This document shows, piece by piece, positions 52,146-63,197 of a stretch of 64,000 bases of DNA. The DNA is from Nitrospirota bacterium (GTDB lineage: Bacteria > Nitrospirota > Nitrospiria > Nitrospirales > Nitrospiraceae). Numbering within the stretch: the stretch's first letter is position 1; each line of letters opens with the position of its first letter. The DNA lies in assembly GCA_963701855.1 (NCBI GenBank), contig CAVPBK010000009.1:32001-96000 (forward strand), in the 5' to 3' direction. A program made the position numbers and the translations under genes. The notes beneath the pieces were generated by a model that did not search any database, had not been told where the DNA came from, and saw nothing but the letters and a program-made list of their open reading frames with translations.

Positions 52146-52484
52146 CTATGCCGCACGCGCGGTGAGCGCATCTTCCTCGCGCTCATAGATCGGAATCATC
52201 ACCGGAATATTCGCCAGGCTCATGACCTCCCGCACGTAAATCTGAGGTTTCAGCAGACTGATCTGGGACTGCGCCCGTTTTAAGCTCTGCGCAGAAATCA
52301 CGAGCAGCCCGAGCCCTGCGCTATCCACGAATCGCACTTTTTCAAAGTTCAGAATGAGATGTTTACATCGTGCCTGTGTCGCCTTCTCAACGGCCGCCTT
52401 AAAGGCGGTTCGATTGGCATAGGTCAAGTCTCCCTCGATATCCAAGATAATCCCATGTGAAAAGGAGCGTTCTTTGATTGTCAT
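52146..52484 (-). CDS. STAS anti-sigma-factor antagonist
   Basis: FVDSAGLG with the phosphorylatable Ser. Confidence 0.9.
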   Translation of the reverse strand: MTIKERSFSHGIILDIEGDLTYANRTAFKAAVEKATQARCKHLILNFEKVRFVDSAGLGLLVISAQSLKRAQSQISLLKPQIYVREVMSLANIPVMIPIYEREEDALTARAA

Positions 52485-52599
52485 GTCATCACCCTTTCTT
52501 GTGCAAAACGATTAATGAGCTCACCGTCTCAACACTCGTCGTGACTGATGTGTCTGTTCACTGGTTTAACCAATAAACAAGACAAACCAGATGAACCAG

Positions 52600-53646
52600 C
52601 TAGAGCTTGCAGACATAAGCCACAATCGCAGCGGGAATCTCCGACAACGGCAATATTTTATCCACCCCGCCCAGCTTGATCGCCTCTTTCGGCATACCGA
52701 ACACCACGCAACTGGCTTCGTCCTGTGCGATCGTAAACGCGCCGGCCTGCTTCATCGTCAACATTTCCTTAGCGCCATCGCCACCCATGCCGGTAAGGAT
52801 GACTCCGATTGCGTTGGCGCCGGCATACTGGGCAACCGAAGCAAAGGTCACATCGACGGACGGTCGATGGCGATTCACCGGTGGATTCTGGTTGATCTGA
52901 ACGCTGTAGCGCGCCCCGCTACGTACGAGTGTCATGTGATAACTGCCTGGCGCGACCAGAGCATGGCCCGGCAAAACGCTGTCGCCGTCTTCGGCTTCCT
53001 TGACTGAGATTTGGCACAGGCTGTTCATCCGATCCGCCCACGTCTTTGTGAAGTGTTCCGGCATGTGCTGTGTGATCAAGATCGGCGGCGTATTCGGCGG
53101 CAGAGCCATCAACACATCCTTCACTGCTTCCGTGCCTCCTGTGGACGAGCCGATCGCGATGATCGTATCCGTCGTCTTGATCATGGCAGCCTCAGGCGTC
53201 AGGGGTGCGGCTCCCCCCTTACTCCCTGCTCCCCTGCCCTTCACCTTCGCCTGCGCGGCAGCCTTCACCTTGGCGATGAGATCCTGAGCCACCTCCTCCA
53301 TGCCTTCCCTAAGATCAATTTTTGGCTTGGTGATGAAATCCACCGCACCTAACTCCAATGCGCGTAAGGTAGTCTGGCAGCCAACTTCGGTCAGCGAACT
53401 CACCATCACAACCGGCATCGGATGCCCTCGCATCAACTTCTCAAGAAACGTCAGTCCATCCATTTTAGGCATCTCGACGTCGAGCGTAATCACATCCGGG
53501 TTAAGCGCTTTGATTTTTTCACGAGCGATAAAAGGGTCGGGAGCGGACCCGATCACTTCGATCCCGGAGTCTTTCGACAACAGCGTCGCCAACACCTGCC
53601 GCATCAGCGCCGAATCATCGACAGTCAATACGCGAATTTTCGCCAT
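52600..53646 (-). CDS. cheB: chemotaxis methylesterase CheB
   Basis: REC plus [24 protein letters not shown]. Confidence 0.98.
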   Translation of the reverse strand: MAKIRVLTVDDSALMRQVLATLLSKDSGIEVIGSAPDPFIAREKIKALNPDVITLDVEMPKMDGLTFLEKLMRGHPMPVVMVSSLTEVGCQTTLRALELGAVDFITKPKIDLREGMEEVAQDLIAKVKAAAQAKVKGRGAGSKGGAAPLTPEAAMIKTTDTIIAIGSSTGGTEAVKDVLMALPPNTPPILITQHMPEHFTKTWADRMNSLCQISVKEAEDGDSVLPGHALVAPGSYHMTLVRSGARYSVQINQNPPVNRHRPSVDVTFASVAQYAGANAIGVILTGMGGDGAKEMLTMKQAGAFTIAQDEASCVVFGMPKEAIKLGGVDKILPLSEIPAAIVAYVCKL

Positions 53647-53710
53647 AAGCCCCCTTGTATCTCGTGAAACATGAAACGTATGTCGTTCAGGATTCGACGC
53701 TGCACGTCGC

Positions 53711-54346
53711 TTAGAAAAGCGTGGCATCCTCCACCGACAGCTGTTCCCGCTGCTTGATTTTTAATGCATAATCCTTCTCCCGTTCGAAAATCGTCTTATT
53801 CTTGATATGCTCAATCTTCTTCATCAAGACACGCCCCGAGTCAGTAAAGTAATAGACCTTGCGGGGGAACACATCGCCGAGATCGGTCTTGACGATTGCG
53901 AGTCCCTCGCTCTTCAAGTACCCGATCACCCACTTGGCATTGTTCGCGCCCACATCGATATGGCCTTCGTAAATCCTGCCGGCACCAAAGAGCTTGATTT
54001 CCATACGACTTTTCACCCCACCCTGTTTGAGGATCTCGTTGATCAACGATTCCATCGCATACGATCCATATCGGGTGGATTCTCCCCAGGAATTACTCCC
54101 ACCTTCTTTCGGCTCCGGCAGCATAAAGTGATTCATCCCGCCGACCCTTGCAATCGGATCACGGATGCATGCAGAGATGCAGGACCCCAAAACTGTGTAC
54201 ACAACCATAGGGTCTCTGCTGACAAAAAACTCTCCTGGCAGGATGGTCGCAATCTCATGCGGAAACCGATGGTCCCGCATGCGCCGGATGTGGGCGAACG
54301 CGTCACATGAGGCGTCAGGCGTCAGATGCAAGGGGATATTGGTCAT
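53711..54346 (-). CDS. cheD: chemoreceptor glutamine deamidase CheD
   Basis: [15 protein letters not shown]. Confidence 0.96.
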   Translation of the reverse strand: MTNIPLHLTPDASCDAFAHIRRMRDHRFPHEIATILPGEFFVSRDPMVVYTVLGSCISACIRDPIARVGGMNHFMLPEPKEGGSNSWGESTRYGSYAMESLINEILKQGGVKSRMEIKLFGAGRIYEGHIDVGANNAKWVIGYLKSEGLAIVKTDLGDVFPRKVYYFTDSGRVLMKKIEHIKNKTIFEREKDYALKIKQREQLSVEDATLF

Positions 54347-54393
54347 GATTCGCGATGCTTCCTCTCCGACCGTGCTGTTTTACCTATCACCCC

Positions 54394-55212
54394 TCACGTC
54401 CCTTTCCGGTAAATCGTAGGCGCAATCGACTTGAAGGAATGAGCGACCCACTGCAAGCTCTCCGAATGCCCGATGAATAGGTAGCCACCCGGTTTCAAAT
54501 AACGATGAAACTTGTTCACGAGGGTTTCCTGGGTCGGGCGATCGAAATAGATCATGACGTTTCGGCAGAAAATGAGATCGAGCGGGTTCTTGATGGGGAA
54601 ACCGTCGTCCATCAAATTTATGCGCCGGAACGTAATCGCGTCGGCGAGGTGCGGTTTCACCTTAAAGACTCCGGTTTGATCACCTCGCCCGCGAAGGAAA
54701 TGACGTTTCATGACGCCGGGCGGCACGGTACGAAAACACTCTTCGTTGTATAAGCCTGCTGCGGCTTTAGCCAGGACGCGAGTCGAGAGATCCGAGGCCA
54801 ATATTTTCATATCCCACCGCTCGGGACTCCGCACCGCTTCGTACAGCGTGATGGCGATCGTATAGGGTTCTTCCCCGGTCGAACAGGCAGACGACCAGAT
54901 TCGAATGCGTTTGGCGCTGTCCAGCTCTGGAAGAATCTTTTCGCGTAGGAAATCAAAATGCTTTGGCTCGCGAAAGAAATCCGTTTTATTCGTTGAAATC
55001 AGATCCAGCATCCGAGTGAATTCTTCATGTGCCTGATCTTCTACCACCTTCGCGTAGTATTCCGAGAAAGTCGCCAGGTCAAGATCGTGCAGTCGTTTCG
55101 AGAGACGGGAAGCCAAGAACGACTGTTTTTGCTCACTCAGCGAAATGCCGCTCTCGTCGTAAATCAACGTGCGAAACCGGTGGAATTCTTCTGCGGTGAT
55201 CGAGTACTCCAT
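54394..55212 (-). CDS. cheR: chemotaxis methyltransferase CheR
   Basis: TDFFRE, CSTGEEPY, IFCRNVMIYF, GHSESL. Confidence 0.98.
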   Translation of the reverse strand: MEYSITAEEFHRFRTLIYDESGISLSEQKQSFLASRLSKRLHDLDLATFSEYYAKVVEDQAHEEFTRMLDLISTNKTDFFREPKHFDFLREKILPELDSAKRIRIWSSACSTGEEPYTIAITLYEAVRSPERWDMKILASDLSTRVLAKAAAGLYNEECFRTVPPGVMKRHFLRGRGDQTGVFKVKPHLADAITFRRINLMDDGFPIKNPLDLIFCRNVMIYFDRPTQETLVNKFHRYLKPGGYLFIGHSESLQWVAHSFKSIAPTIYRKGT

Positions 55213-55280
55213 AAATAGGCGAGGATCCGGTTACACGCGGCGTGCCGATGCCCTGCCAGGTTGAACCCAGGGTCACTTCT

Positions 55281-55307
55281 CTATCGGTTAGTTATGGTCG
55301 ATTCTTA
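55281..55307 (-). promoter_or_regulatory. sigma28 (FliA)-type promoter
   Basis: minus strand TAAG-N15-ACCGATAG, ~70 nt upstream of cheR. Confidence 0.6.
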
Positions 55308-55470
55308 ACTATGAAACTTCCTGCAGCAGCCGACTCCGTAGAAGGAGCCACTTCGGTTACGAAAACCTGCGGCTACGGGCGTATATAGCGAAGGAGAATC
55401 AAAACGAAGACCAGGCTGGTCGCTGAGGGGGAGGGAAGCAGAAAATATTGCCGCTCAGCTAGAAGCCTGT

Positions 55471-55699
55471 GCGGCATTGCCTTCATGACGAGGGGAATGA
55501 GGTGCGTCCAGATGCGAGGCCGCAGACTCGAGGCTGATCCCCGTTTTGTGTTTCACGCCTTACGTTTCAGGTTCCAAGTTTCTAGTTTCCGGAGAGGGTT
55601 TCCTGACAACATGAAACCTGAAACTTCGACTCCGTGCAAACGACCCTTCACGGAGCGGATCGGCGTTTGAAGGGGAAACATTCATGAATAATGCGAGCT
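55471..55699. mobile_element. degenerate family C MITE-like element
   Basis: right end GCGGATCGGCG...ATTCATGAATAATGCG shared with 6808-7041; interior GTTTCAG/CTGAAAC repeats. Confidence 0.5.
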
Positions 55700-56028
55700 C
55701 ATGCTGACAACAGGATCATGGTTTCCCTCGGACAGGGCCTTTCGGGTAATCAGCGGGTCATCTCGCCAGAGTCGGTCCATAACAAATTACCATCTGTTAA
55801 GTTTAAGGTTGATGCTGGCGCGTTGACCCAGCGCGCGAGGATCTTTCCCTGCACCCGGGATTGCAGGAGATTTTTCAGATAATCATTACCCTAGCAGCGA
55901 AGCACCTGATCTCGTCACTCCTAAGACTATTTACACATGTTTTTTTCTATGCGCAGGCACGAGGCGAAGACCTTCACCATCTCACCGCGCGCTCGTCTCA
56001 CTTATCTCGCATGTCATGCTTTGCATCC

Positions 56029-58476
56029 TTAGAATTCCTCGAACTCTTCTTCCGTCTTGCGCCGCTCCTTGCCGTTGCCGGCGGCGACGCCGGCCGGTTC
56101 CTCCCAACTCTTCGCCTTCGTCGGAGCCGCGAACTTCTGGTCCCGTGCTTTGATCCTAGGTTTCGGGGACAAGCCGGCACCCGGTGCAAACTCCCCATCA
56201 AAGGCCTGACTCGTGCGTGCCGTATGCTCTCTCATCTCCGCCATGGGTGGCATCGCCATCTTCATCGCTCCGGAAGCAGTGATCTTGAAAGCCTCGACCT
56301 GCGTCATCAGCGCCTTGGCCTGCTCCCGCATGGATTGGCTGGCGGCCGTGGTTTCTTCGACCAGCGCGGCGTTCTGCTGGGTGGTCTGGTCCATTTGCAT
56401 GATGGACGTATTCACCTGATCGATGCCGCTGGCCTGTTCCTGCGAGGCCGCTGTGATCTCGGCAATGATGTCTGTCACATGCTTGACCGACGTCACGATC
56501 TCATTGAGTGTCTTGCCGGATTGATTGACCAGCTCGCTCCCGTCCGTCACCCGCTGGAGCGACTCTTTGATGAGGCCCTTGATCTCTTTGGCTGCGGTCG
56601 CTGACCGCTGCGCCAGGTTCCGCACCTCGGCGGCCACCACGGCAAACCCACGCCCATGCTCGCCCGCCCGCGCCGCTTCAACCGCGGCGTTCAGCGCCAA
56701 TAGGTTGGTCTGGAAGGCGATCTCGTCGATCACGGTAATGATGTCGGCAATCTTCGTGCTACTCTTGTTGATCTCGTGCATCGCCTCAACTGCCTTCGTG
56801 GTCACGGCACCGCCCTTGGCCGCCACGTCGCGCGCGGCCACGGCCAGCTGATTCGCCTGTTTGGCGTTGTCGGCGTTCTGCTTAACCGTCGAGGTCATCT
56901 CCTCCATCGCGCTGGACGTCTCCTCCAGCGATGCGGCCTGCTCGCTGGTCCGTTGCGAGAGGTCCTCGTTGCCCTTGGTGATTTCTTCTGCCCCCAACGA
57001 CACGCTCTCCGCGGCTTCACGCACTGTATTGAGGGACACCTTCAGATTGGTGATCGCACCGTTGATGCTGCCCTTGATCTGTTCGAGCTCACCCTCGCAG
57101 GCTATCGTCAGCTGGTCCGTCAGGTCGCCCTGTGCCAAGTTCGTCAGCACCCGCTTGGCCTCTACCAGAAACTGTTCCATCTTTGCCGTTTGCACTTGTT
57201 CCGCCGTCGCCTTCGCTTGGAGTGTCTTCCCCATTTCATTGAACCCCCGCGACAGCAGGCCTACCTCGTCCGTCGTCGTGACTGGAACCCGCGTGTCAAG
57301 CGCGCCGCCGGCCAGCTTCGCCGCCGCCTCGCTCACCCGGACGATGCCTTTGGCGCCGATGCGCCCAATCAGGATTCCGATCAGCAGGATCAACATCACA
57401 CACACGACAATGGCGATCAGTACGTTCCGGTTGATTGCTCTGGCATCGGCAGTCGCATCGGCATGATCGACCATGATGAGGACCGACCAATTCATGCCCG
57501 GATAGCCTAACGCCCCCTTGAGGTGCGTGTAGCCAATCACTTGTTGTATTCCGGTCCGTGGGTGGGGCTCAATCGCAAAGCCCGGCTTGCCGGCCACGGC
57601 TTCTTTGGCCGCCGTAAGCCCACGATCAGCCAAATTGGTGGTCATCAGCGTCGAAAAATCGTGCCGGAACCGGTCACTGCCCGCGCCCGCAGGCTCGAAG
57701 TTCGCGAGAATCTTGCCGTCCTTATCGAGGAGGAGAACGCTCGAGTTGGCGAACCCGGCATTCATCATAACCGTTTGGGCCACGCGCAGGATATCTTCTA
57801 CGAGCGAGAACTTCGCACGATTGCTCCAGTAGGCCACGACTTTGCCGTCCCTATAGACCGGGGCCGAAAAGCCCAGCGTGAGGCCATCATCGCCGGGATA
57901 GGCTGCTTTCACGTCCGGATCGACATGAAGATCTTCGATATACGTGCCGGTCGCCACCGTGTTGCCCGGCGCCGCGAACGGCATCGTGGTCGTAAACTGC
58001 TGGGCCTTCAACGCCCGGAACCAGGGCGTCTCGGCGTAGTTCTTCTTGTAGAGGTCGTGGGACTGGATGGGCTTCCCGTCGGCATCCTTGGAATTCACGG
58101 CGATCACGCGCCCCTCCAGGTCGACCAGCAAGCTCAAGGAGTACAGATCGTAGGTGTCCACATATTGGTTGATGACCTGTCGGATGGGATTGCCCTCGGC
58201 CTCGGCACGATACCAGGCGGTCTTCTGATCGAGCACGCTATTAAGCCCGAACGCCTGCACATCGCCATAGCGTTCGAAGAGGTTGCGATCAATCTTGTCG
58301 GCCACTCCCTCCGCCATTGCGTGAAAGCGCATCCCGGACGAGTTCTCGATGGTCAGACTGGCGTTGTACGCAATCAACCCGATGACCACCATTGGCACGA
58401 AACCAAAGAGAACAAAAAGCGCGGTCAGTTTCGCGGTGATCCCCCAACGACTAGAACTTCGCTTCATGTCGTCCAT
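56029..58476 (-). CDS. methyl-accepting chemotaxis protein (periplasmic Cache-like sensor, HAMP)
   Basis: two TM helices, [31 protein letters not shown]-terminal EFEEF pentapeptide. Confidence 0.97.
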   Translation of the reverse strand: MDDMKRSSSRWGITAKLTALFVLFGFVPMVVIGLIAYNASLTIENSSGMRFHAMAEGVADKIDRNLFERYGDVQAFGLNSVLDQKTAWYRAEAEGNPIRQVINQYVDTYDLYSLSLLVDLEGRVIAVNSKDADGKPIQSHDLYKKNYAETPWFRALKAQQFTTTMPFAAPGNTVATGTYIEDLHVDPDVKAAYPGDDGLTLGFSAPVYRDGKVVAYWSNRAKFSLVEDILRVAQTVMMNAGFANSSVLLLDKDGKILANFEPAGAGSDRFRHDFSTLMTTNLADRGLTAAKEAVAGKPGFAIEPHPRTGIQQVIGYTHLKGALGYPGMNWSVLIMVDHADATADARAINRNVLIAIVVCVMLILLIGILIGRIGAKGIVRVSEAAAKLAGGALDTRVPVTTTDEVGLLSRGFNEMGKTLQAKATAEQVQTAKMEQFLVEAKRVLTNLAQGDLTDQLTIACEGELEQIKGSINGAITNLKVSLNTVREAAESVSLGAEEITKGNEDLSQRTSEQAASLEETSSAMEEMTSTVKQNADNAKQANQLAVAARDVAAKGGAVTTKAVEAMHEINKSSTKIADIITVIDEIAFQTNLLALNAAVEAARAGEHGRGFAVVAAEVRNLAQRSATAAKEIKGLIKESLQRVTDGSELVNQSGKTLNEIVTSVKHVTDIIAEITAASQEQASGIDQVNTSIMQMDQTTQQNAALVEETTAASQSMREQAKALMTQVEAFKITASGAMKMAMPPMAEMREHTARTSQAFDGEFAPGAGLSPKPRIKARDQKFAAPTKAKSWEEPAGVAAGNGKERRKTEEEFEEF

Positions 58477-58586
58477 AATCGGTCGCCCCCTTTTCTGGAC
58501 TAGAAATCGGTCTAATAAGGTTTCTAGTCCCACGTTTCATGTTGTCCGGACACCCCTTCAGAAAACCACAAACTCAAAACCGGAAA

Positions 58587-58800
58587 CTAGAATTACTCGA
58601 ACTCGTCTTCCGTCCTGCGCCGCTCCTTGCCGTTGCCGGCCGCGACCTCGGCCGGTTCTTCCTGACTCTTCGCCTTCGACGGAGCCGCGAACTTCTGATC
58701 CCGTGCGTTGAACCCAGATTTCGTAGACGAATCGGCACTCGGTTTCGACTCCCCATCAAAGGCCTGACTCGTGCGCGCCGTGTGCTCTCTCATCTCCGTC
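58587..58800 (-). pseudogene. orphan copy of the MCP C-terminal tail
   Basis: [16 protein letters not shown]...AAGNGKERR duplicates 56029-56240. Confidence 0.85.
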
Positions 58801-58943
58801 GTATAGCGAAATTCCCGAACCATGTTCCTATCACTCTTTCCTTCCTTGGCTGCCGATTATTTTGAGGCCAGGTTGAAAATCAAAAGTCCGAAGAGCGGAG
58901 TTCGAAGATTCAAATACTTCAGCCTGCCTCACCTGTCCTGCGC

Positions 58944-59459
58944 TTAGGCCGAGACCGTTATGATTTTCTGCAACTCGTTCTCGCTCAATAATCGGTCAAT
59001 ATTCAGCAGCGCTACGAGCTTATCGCCACACTTGGCAATGCCGTTCAAGAAACTCACATCGACCTTAGCTCCGAACTCCGGCGTGGCCTGAATGTCCTTT
59101 TGGCTGATGTTGAGCACATCTGATACGGAATCTACCACCAGACCCATGATGCGATCCCGCACGACGACCACGACGATGACGCTGAGCATCGTGTAATCGA
59201 TAGTTGCCATGCCGAACGTGGTCCGCAATTCGACGATGGGCACAATCGTGCCGCGCAGATTCATGACCCCTTTGATGTAGCTCGGCGTGTTGGGGATCTT
59301 CGTCACGGTCGTGTAGCCCTTGAGTTCCTGTACGCGTAAAATATCCACCCCGTAGAGTTCTTCGCCGAGCTGAAACGTCAGGAACTGGCTCCCGTCCGTG
59401 GCGAGCCCAATTTGCTGATTAAGTTCCTTTGTCGAGGTCTCAGGCGTTACTGTTGTCAT
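58944..59459 (-). CDS. cheW: CheW
   Basis: QFLTF, GVMNLRGTIVP, GLVVDSVSDV. Confidence 0.97.
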   Translation of the reverse strand: MTTVTPETSTKELNQQIGLATDGSQFLTFQLGEELYGVDILRVQELKGYTTVTKIPNTPSYIKGVMNLRGTIVPIVELRTTFGMATIDYTMLSVIVVVVVRDRIMGLVVDSVSDVLNISQKDIQATPEFGAKVDVSFLNGIAKCGDKLVALLNIDRLLSENELQKIITVSA

Positions 59460-59540
59460 AAGGTTCTCCTATTAGTCTGTCGCATGTGCTTAATTGAACC
59501 GGACCAAACATATAGGCCAAACAGACCGCTCTCGCTCGCC

Positions 59541-61700
59541 TCACGCCGCAACCGGCACAATCCGGCGCGACATTTCGATCAGTCCACGAACATCCAAAAT
59601 AAATCCGACCGTGCCGTCGCCCAAAATCGTCGCGCCGGCGACGCCGTCGACCTTGCGGAAATTCTGCTCCATGCTCTTGATAACGACCTGTTGCTGGCCG
59701 ATGATTTCGTCCACCATCACGGCGACCTGCTCCCCTTCCGTTTCAAGAATCAAAAGAATTGCCTTAGCAGGATCGGTGAATTCCGGCTGCAAGGAGAACA
59801 CATCGTACAGGCGCATCATGGGCAAGTAGGTGTTGCGCACGTCGATGAGTTCGCCCTTGCCGGCGACGGTCTTAATTTCGCCGGCTTTCGGCTGGATGGA
59901 TTCCAAGATCGACAGCAACGGCACGATGTACGTCTCTTTACCGACTCGAACTGTCATCCCTTCGATGATGGCCAGGGTCAGCGGGAGCTTGAGTGTAAAA
60001 ATCGTGCCTTTGCCCAGCGTCGTCTTGATGGTGACGGCGCCGCCCAAGCTTTCGATATTCCGCTTGACGACATCCATTCCGACACCACGGCCTGAGATAT
60101 CCGTTACCTTTTCCGCTGTTGAAAACCCTGGCTTGAAGATTAAAGGCCATATCTGGTCGTCGGACAGTTTTTCGTGTTTCGCGATCAAGCCCTGTTTAAT
60201 GGCCTTAGCGAGAATTTTCTCGCGGTTCAACCCTCGCCCGTCGTCTTCGACGGTGACGCAGATACTTCCACCTGCATGGAAGGCATTGAGACGGATGGTT
60301 CCAAATTCAGGCTTGTTGTTATCAAGGCGTTCTTCCGGCGCTTCCAACCCGTGATCGGCCGAGTTCCGCACGAGATGTGTCAGCGGGTCGCCGATGGATT
60401 CGATGACGGTCTTGTCCAGTTCGGTCTCTTCGCCTGACAGGACGAGCTGAATTTTCTTACCGGCTTTGGCCGAGAGATCACGGACTAGTCTCGGGAACCG
60501 GCTAAAGGCAGTGCCGATCGGCAACATCCGGATGCCCATGACCCGCTCCTGAATCTCGCGCGTGTTATGCTCCAATTGCGCCATCCGTTCCAGCAACACC
60601 GGCATCTGACTCATCTCGAAGTGGACTCCGAGATCGCTCAACATTGACTGAGTAATGACCAGTTCGCCCACGAGGTTAATGAGCTTGTCGATCTTGTCGG
60701 TATCCACACGGATCGACGTTGCCTCGCTTTTCTTCGATTGTGCGGCGGACTCCTGTTGCTTCTGCTTCTGTAAGGCCTGCTCCACCTGCTGCGGCGTAAC
60801 CGCGTGCTGCTCAATGAGAATCTCACCCACACGCTTTTGCTGTGCGAGCGCGTGGTCGAGTGTTTCTCGCGACACAACCCCGGTTTCGACGAGAATCTCG
60901 CCAAGGGGTTTAGGCTTCCCCTCCATGCCGTCAGGAATGAGCGGCGCTTCATACCTCACGCCTGCCGCCTTGCGTTCCTCGATCATGAGATGACTGTCTT
61001 CCCGAACAAACTCAAACACCGCATCCACAACCTGCCGGCCCTTGGAAGTTTCTAATTTCATCGTCCAGGAGAGGTAGCACTTCTCCGGATCCATCGTGGC
61101 CAACTCCGGCAACTTCGTCGTATTGACAGTGACCTGGGATAAGATCCCAAGATCGGCAAGTTCCTTGAAGATTTGCAGCGGATCAAGACCGCGCTGAAAG
61201 AGCCATTCCGGTGGTGTCCAGGCAATAAGAAAGGTTGTGGCTGAGGTTGAGGTCAAGGCCGTAGAGGAAGAGGAGCGGTTTCCCTTCTCGACCTTAGCCT
61301 CAGTCTTGACCTTTGTGTCGCTTGCGGCCGCCAGTTCAGCCGTGAGTCGTTGAACCGGTTCGTCATCCACTGGTGAGCCGGTCTTGGCTGCATCGATCAG
61401 CAGCTTCAAACAGTCGGTCGATTTGAGCAGGAGGTCCGCGATTATCGGCGTGACGACCTTCTGGCCGTTACGAAGCAGGTCGAGCAGGGTCTCCATCTTA
61501 TGGGTAAACTGCGCAACCGCGCTGAACCCGAACATGCCGCTCGTGCCCTTGATCGAATGGGCCGAACGAAATATCTTGTTCAACAGATCCAGATCCTCGG
61601 GATGCTGCTCGAGCGCCAGCAGCCCCTCTTCGACCACAGCCAAATGGTCGCCGGCTTCTTCGAAAAAGGCCTCTTGAAATTCCGATAAATCGTTACTCAT
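59541..61700 (-). CDS. cheA: chemotaxis histidine kinase CheA
   Basis: FRSAHSIKG, HLVRNSADHG, SGRGVGMDVV, LPLTLAI; start set at MSNDL. Confidence 0.98.
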   Translation of the reverse strand: MSNDLSEFQEAFFEEAGDHLAVVEEGLLALEQHPEDLDLLNKIFRSAHSIKGTSGMFGFSAVAQFTHKMETLLDLLRNGQKVVTPIIADLLLKSTDCLKLLIDAAKTGSPVDDEPVQRLTAELAAASDTKVKTEAKVEKGNRSSSSTALTSTSATTFLIAWTPPEWLFQRGLDPLQIFKELADLGILSQVTVNTTKLPELATMDPEKCYLSWTMKLETSKGRQVVDAVFEFVREDSHLMIEERKAAGVRYEAPLIPDGMEGKPKPLGEILVETGVVSRETLDHALAQQKRVGEILIEQHAVTPQQVEQALQKQKQQESAAQSKKSEATSIRVDTDKIDKLINLVGELVITQSMLSDLGVHFEMSQMPVLLERMAQLEHNTREIQERVMGIRMLPIGTAFSRFPRLVRDLSAKAGKKIQLVLSGEETELDKTVIESIGDPLTHLVRNSADHGLEAPEERLDNNKPEFGTIRLNAFHAGGSICVTVEDDGRGLNREKILAKAIKQGLIAKHEKLSDDQIWPLIFKPGFSTAEKVTDISGRGVGMDVVKRNIESLGGAVTIKTTLGKGTIFTLKLPLTLAIIEGMTVRVGKETYIVPLLSILESIQPKAGEIKTVAGKGELIDVRNTYLPMMRLYDVFSLQPEFTDPAKAILLILETEGEQVAVMVDEIIGQQQVVIKSMEQNFRKVDGVAGATILGDGTVGFILDVRGLIEMSRRIVPVAA

Positions 61701-61765
61701 GTTTGAACCCTGTGATGGGTGACAGGCAATGAATGCGAGATTCGATGGATCACCTCTCACTACTG

Positions 61766-62137
61766 TTATGCCGGCAACACCTTCGCGATCACTTTCAGCA
61801 TCAACTCGGGATTGAACGGCTTCACGATCCACCCGGTGGCGCCAGCCTCTTTGCCGGCTTGCTTCTTGTCTGCCGCCGACTCTGTGGTGAGCATAAGAAT
61901 CGGAGTAAACCTGAATGATGCCATCTTGCGGAGTTCCTTGATCAGACTGATGCCGTCCATCTCCGGCATGTTCAAGTCGGTGAAGACAATGTCCACTTTG
62001 GGCTCACCGGCAACCTTCGCGACGGCATCTTTTCCGTGTTCCGCTTGCACAACCTTGAAGCCGGCATTCGTTAAGGTGAACGCCACCATCTGTCTCATGG
62101 TCGGCGAATCGTCCACGACTAACGCTGTTTTGCTCAT
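61766..62137 (-). CDS. cheY: CheY response regulator
   Basis: VVDDS, TDLNMP, LTTES, WIVKPF. Confidence 0.95.
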   Translation of the reverse strand: MSKTALVVDDSPTMRQMVAFTLTNAGFKVVQAEHGKDAVAKVAGEPKVDIVFTDLNMPEMDGISLIKELRKMASFRFTPILMLTTESAADKKQAGKEAGATGWIVKPFNPELMLKVIAKVLPA

Positions 62138-62241
62138 CTTCTCCTCCAACTCTAAGCCGTGGGCTTGAATGCCGTGAAACGCGTTCCTGAATTACTCGCG
62201 AGCATAACGAGAGCCGCTTCACATCCCTTGGGCTCCCATTC

Positions 62242-62811
62242 TCAAAACAGCGTGGCGGAATCCGCATCCCTTTCTGTCTGTGCCGTTTCGATCGGTACTG
62301 GTTCTTGATAATCGGAGACCAGAGTTGCCGCATGGAGGCGGCGCTCTTCATCCATGGTATAGCTCTCTTCAAGCCGTTGCAGCGCCGCAATTTCCTGCTT
62401 CGCGCCTTCGTCCAGCGGCCCCTTCAACAAGGCTTGGAGATGCTTCTGCCATTGATCCAGCGCCTGGGTTACGTGTTCCAACTTCTGCTGAGTGATGTCT
62501 TGGAATTGCATCGCCATCACGACCTTAGAAAGATCTGCCGATGTATCTGCATGTCTTGAAACCTTAGTTGATGATGTTAATGCGCTGATGTGCAGCATCA
62601 AATCCATCGCCGCCCGTTCCGTTTGTTGTGCCACGGCGACCATTTGTTTCTTCAAGACCGGAATCATGGATACGGCGCAGGTGGCAAATGCTTCCCATGC
62701 CTCCTGATGCGCTTTCAGGCTCACGAGTTCGCTCGTCTCACCGCCGGCTATCGTGGGTCGTCCAGGGCCTTGGGCGTTTCGCATAGTTCGGGCCGTGAGT
62801 CTAACTTCCAT
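62242..62811 (-). CDS. CheZ-like helical protein
   Basis: MQFQDITQQ carries the D-x3-Q motif; located next to cheY. Confidence 0.6.
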   Translation of the reverse strand: MEVRLTARTMRNAQGPGRPTIAGGETSELVSLKAHQEAWEAFATCAVSMIPVLKKQMVAVAQQTERAAMDLMLHISALTSSTKVSRHADTSADLSKVVMAMQFQDITQQKLEHVTQALDQWQKHLQALLKGPLDEGAKQEIAALQRLEESYTMDEERRLHAATLVSDYQEPVPIETAQTERDADSATLF

Positions 62812-62892
62812 CGCGGTTTCTACTCATGTCCATGCGTGAAGCGTCGTTCGTTTCCAGATTCGAATGCTTCACGCGATGCGCTTCATTTACTG

Positions 62893-63156
62893 CTACTCAC
62901 TGAGCGGCTCTGAGAACCCAAGCTGAGTCACTTTTGCCTGCAGCTCTGGCGTAATGCCTGTGACCAGAAGACGTCCCAGCTTTCGGGCCGCCCACATTAA
63001 CTGAATAGCCGCGGTATCCACGCGCGCAACCTGTGAAAGATCCAGGCAGACCAATCCATCGTTCGCAAGCACCGCGAGCAGCGACTCCTTGAATTCAGCC
63101 GCTTCAAAGATCGTCAATTCACCAGATGGCTTACAGAGCTTGGAGTCGGTATCCAT
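62893..63156 (-). CDS. small STAS-domain protein
   Basis: GELTIFEA, LDLSQVARVDTAAIQL. Confidence 0.88.
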   Translation of the reverse strand: MDTDSKLCKPSGELTIFEAAEFKESLLAVLANDGLVCLDLSQVARVDTAAIQLMWAARKLGRLLVTGITPELQAKVTQLGFSEPLSE

Positions 63157-63197
63157 CGTGCCTCTTGATGCATTGCAGGTTGGAATCGATGGATTCG

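Noticed and set aside
55861..58503. Long plus-strand ORFs opposite the MCP (and similar antisense ORFs opposite tpsA1 and CHAT)
   Set aside because: Shadow frames of GC-rich genes with no recognisable motifs.
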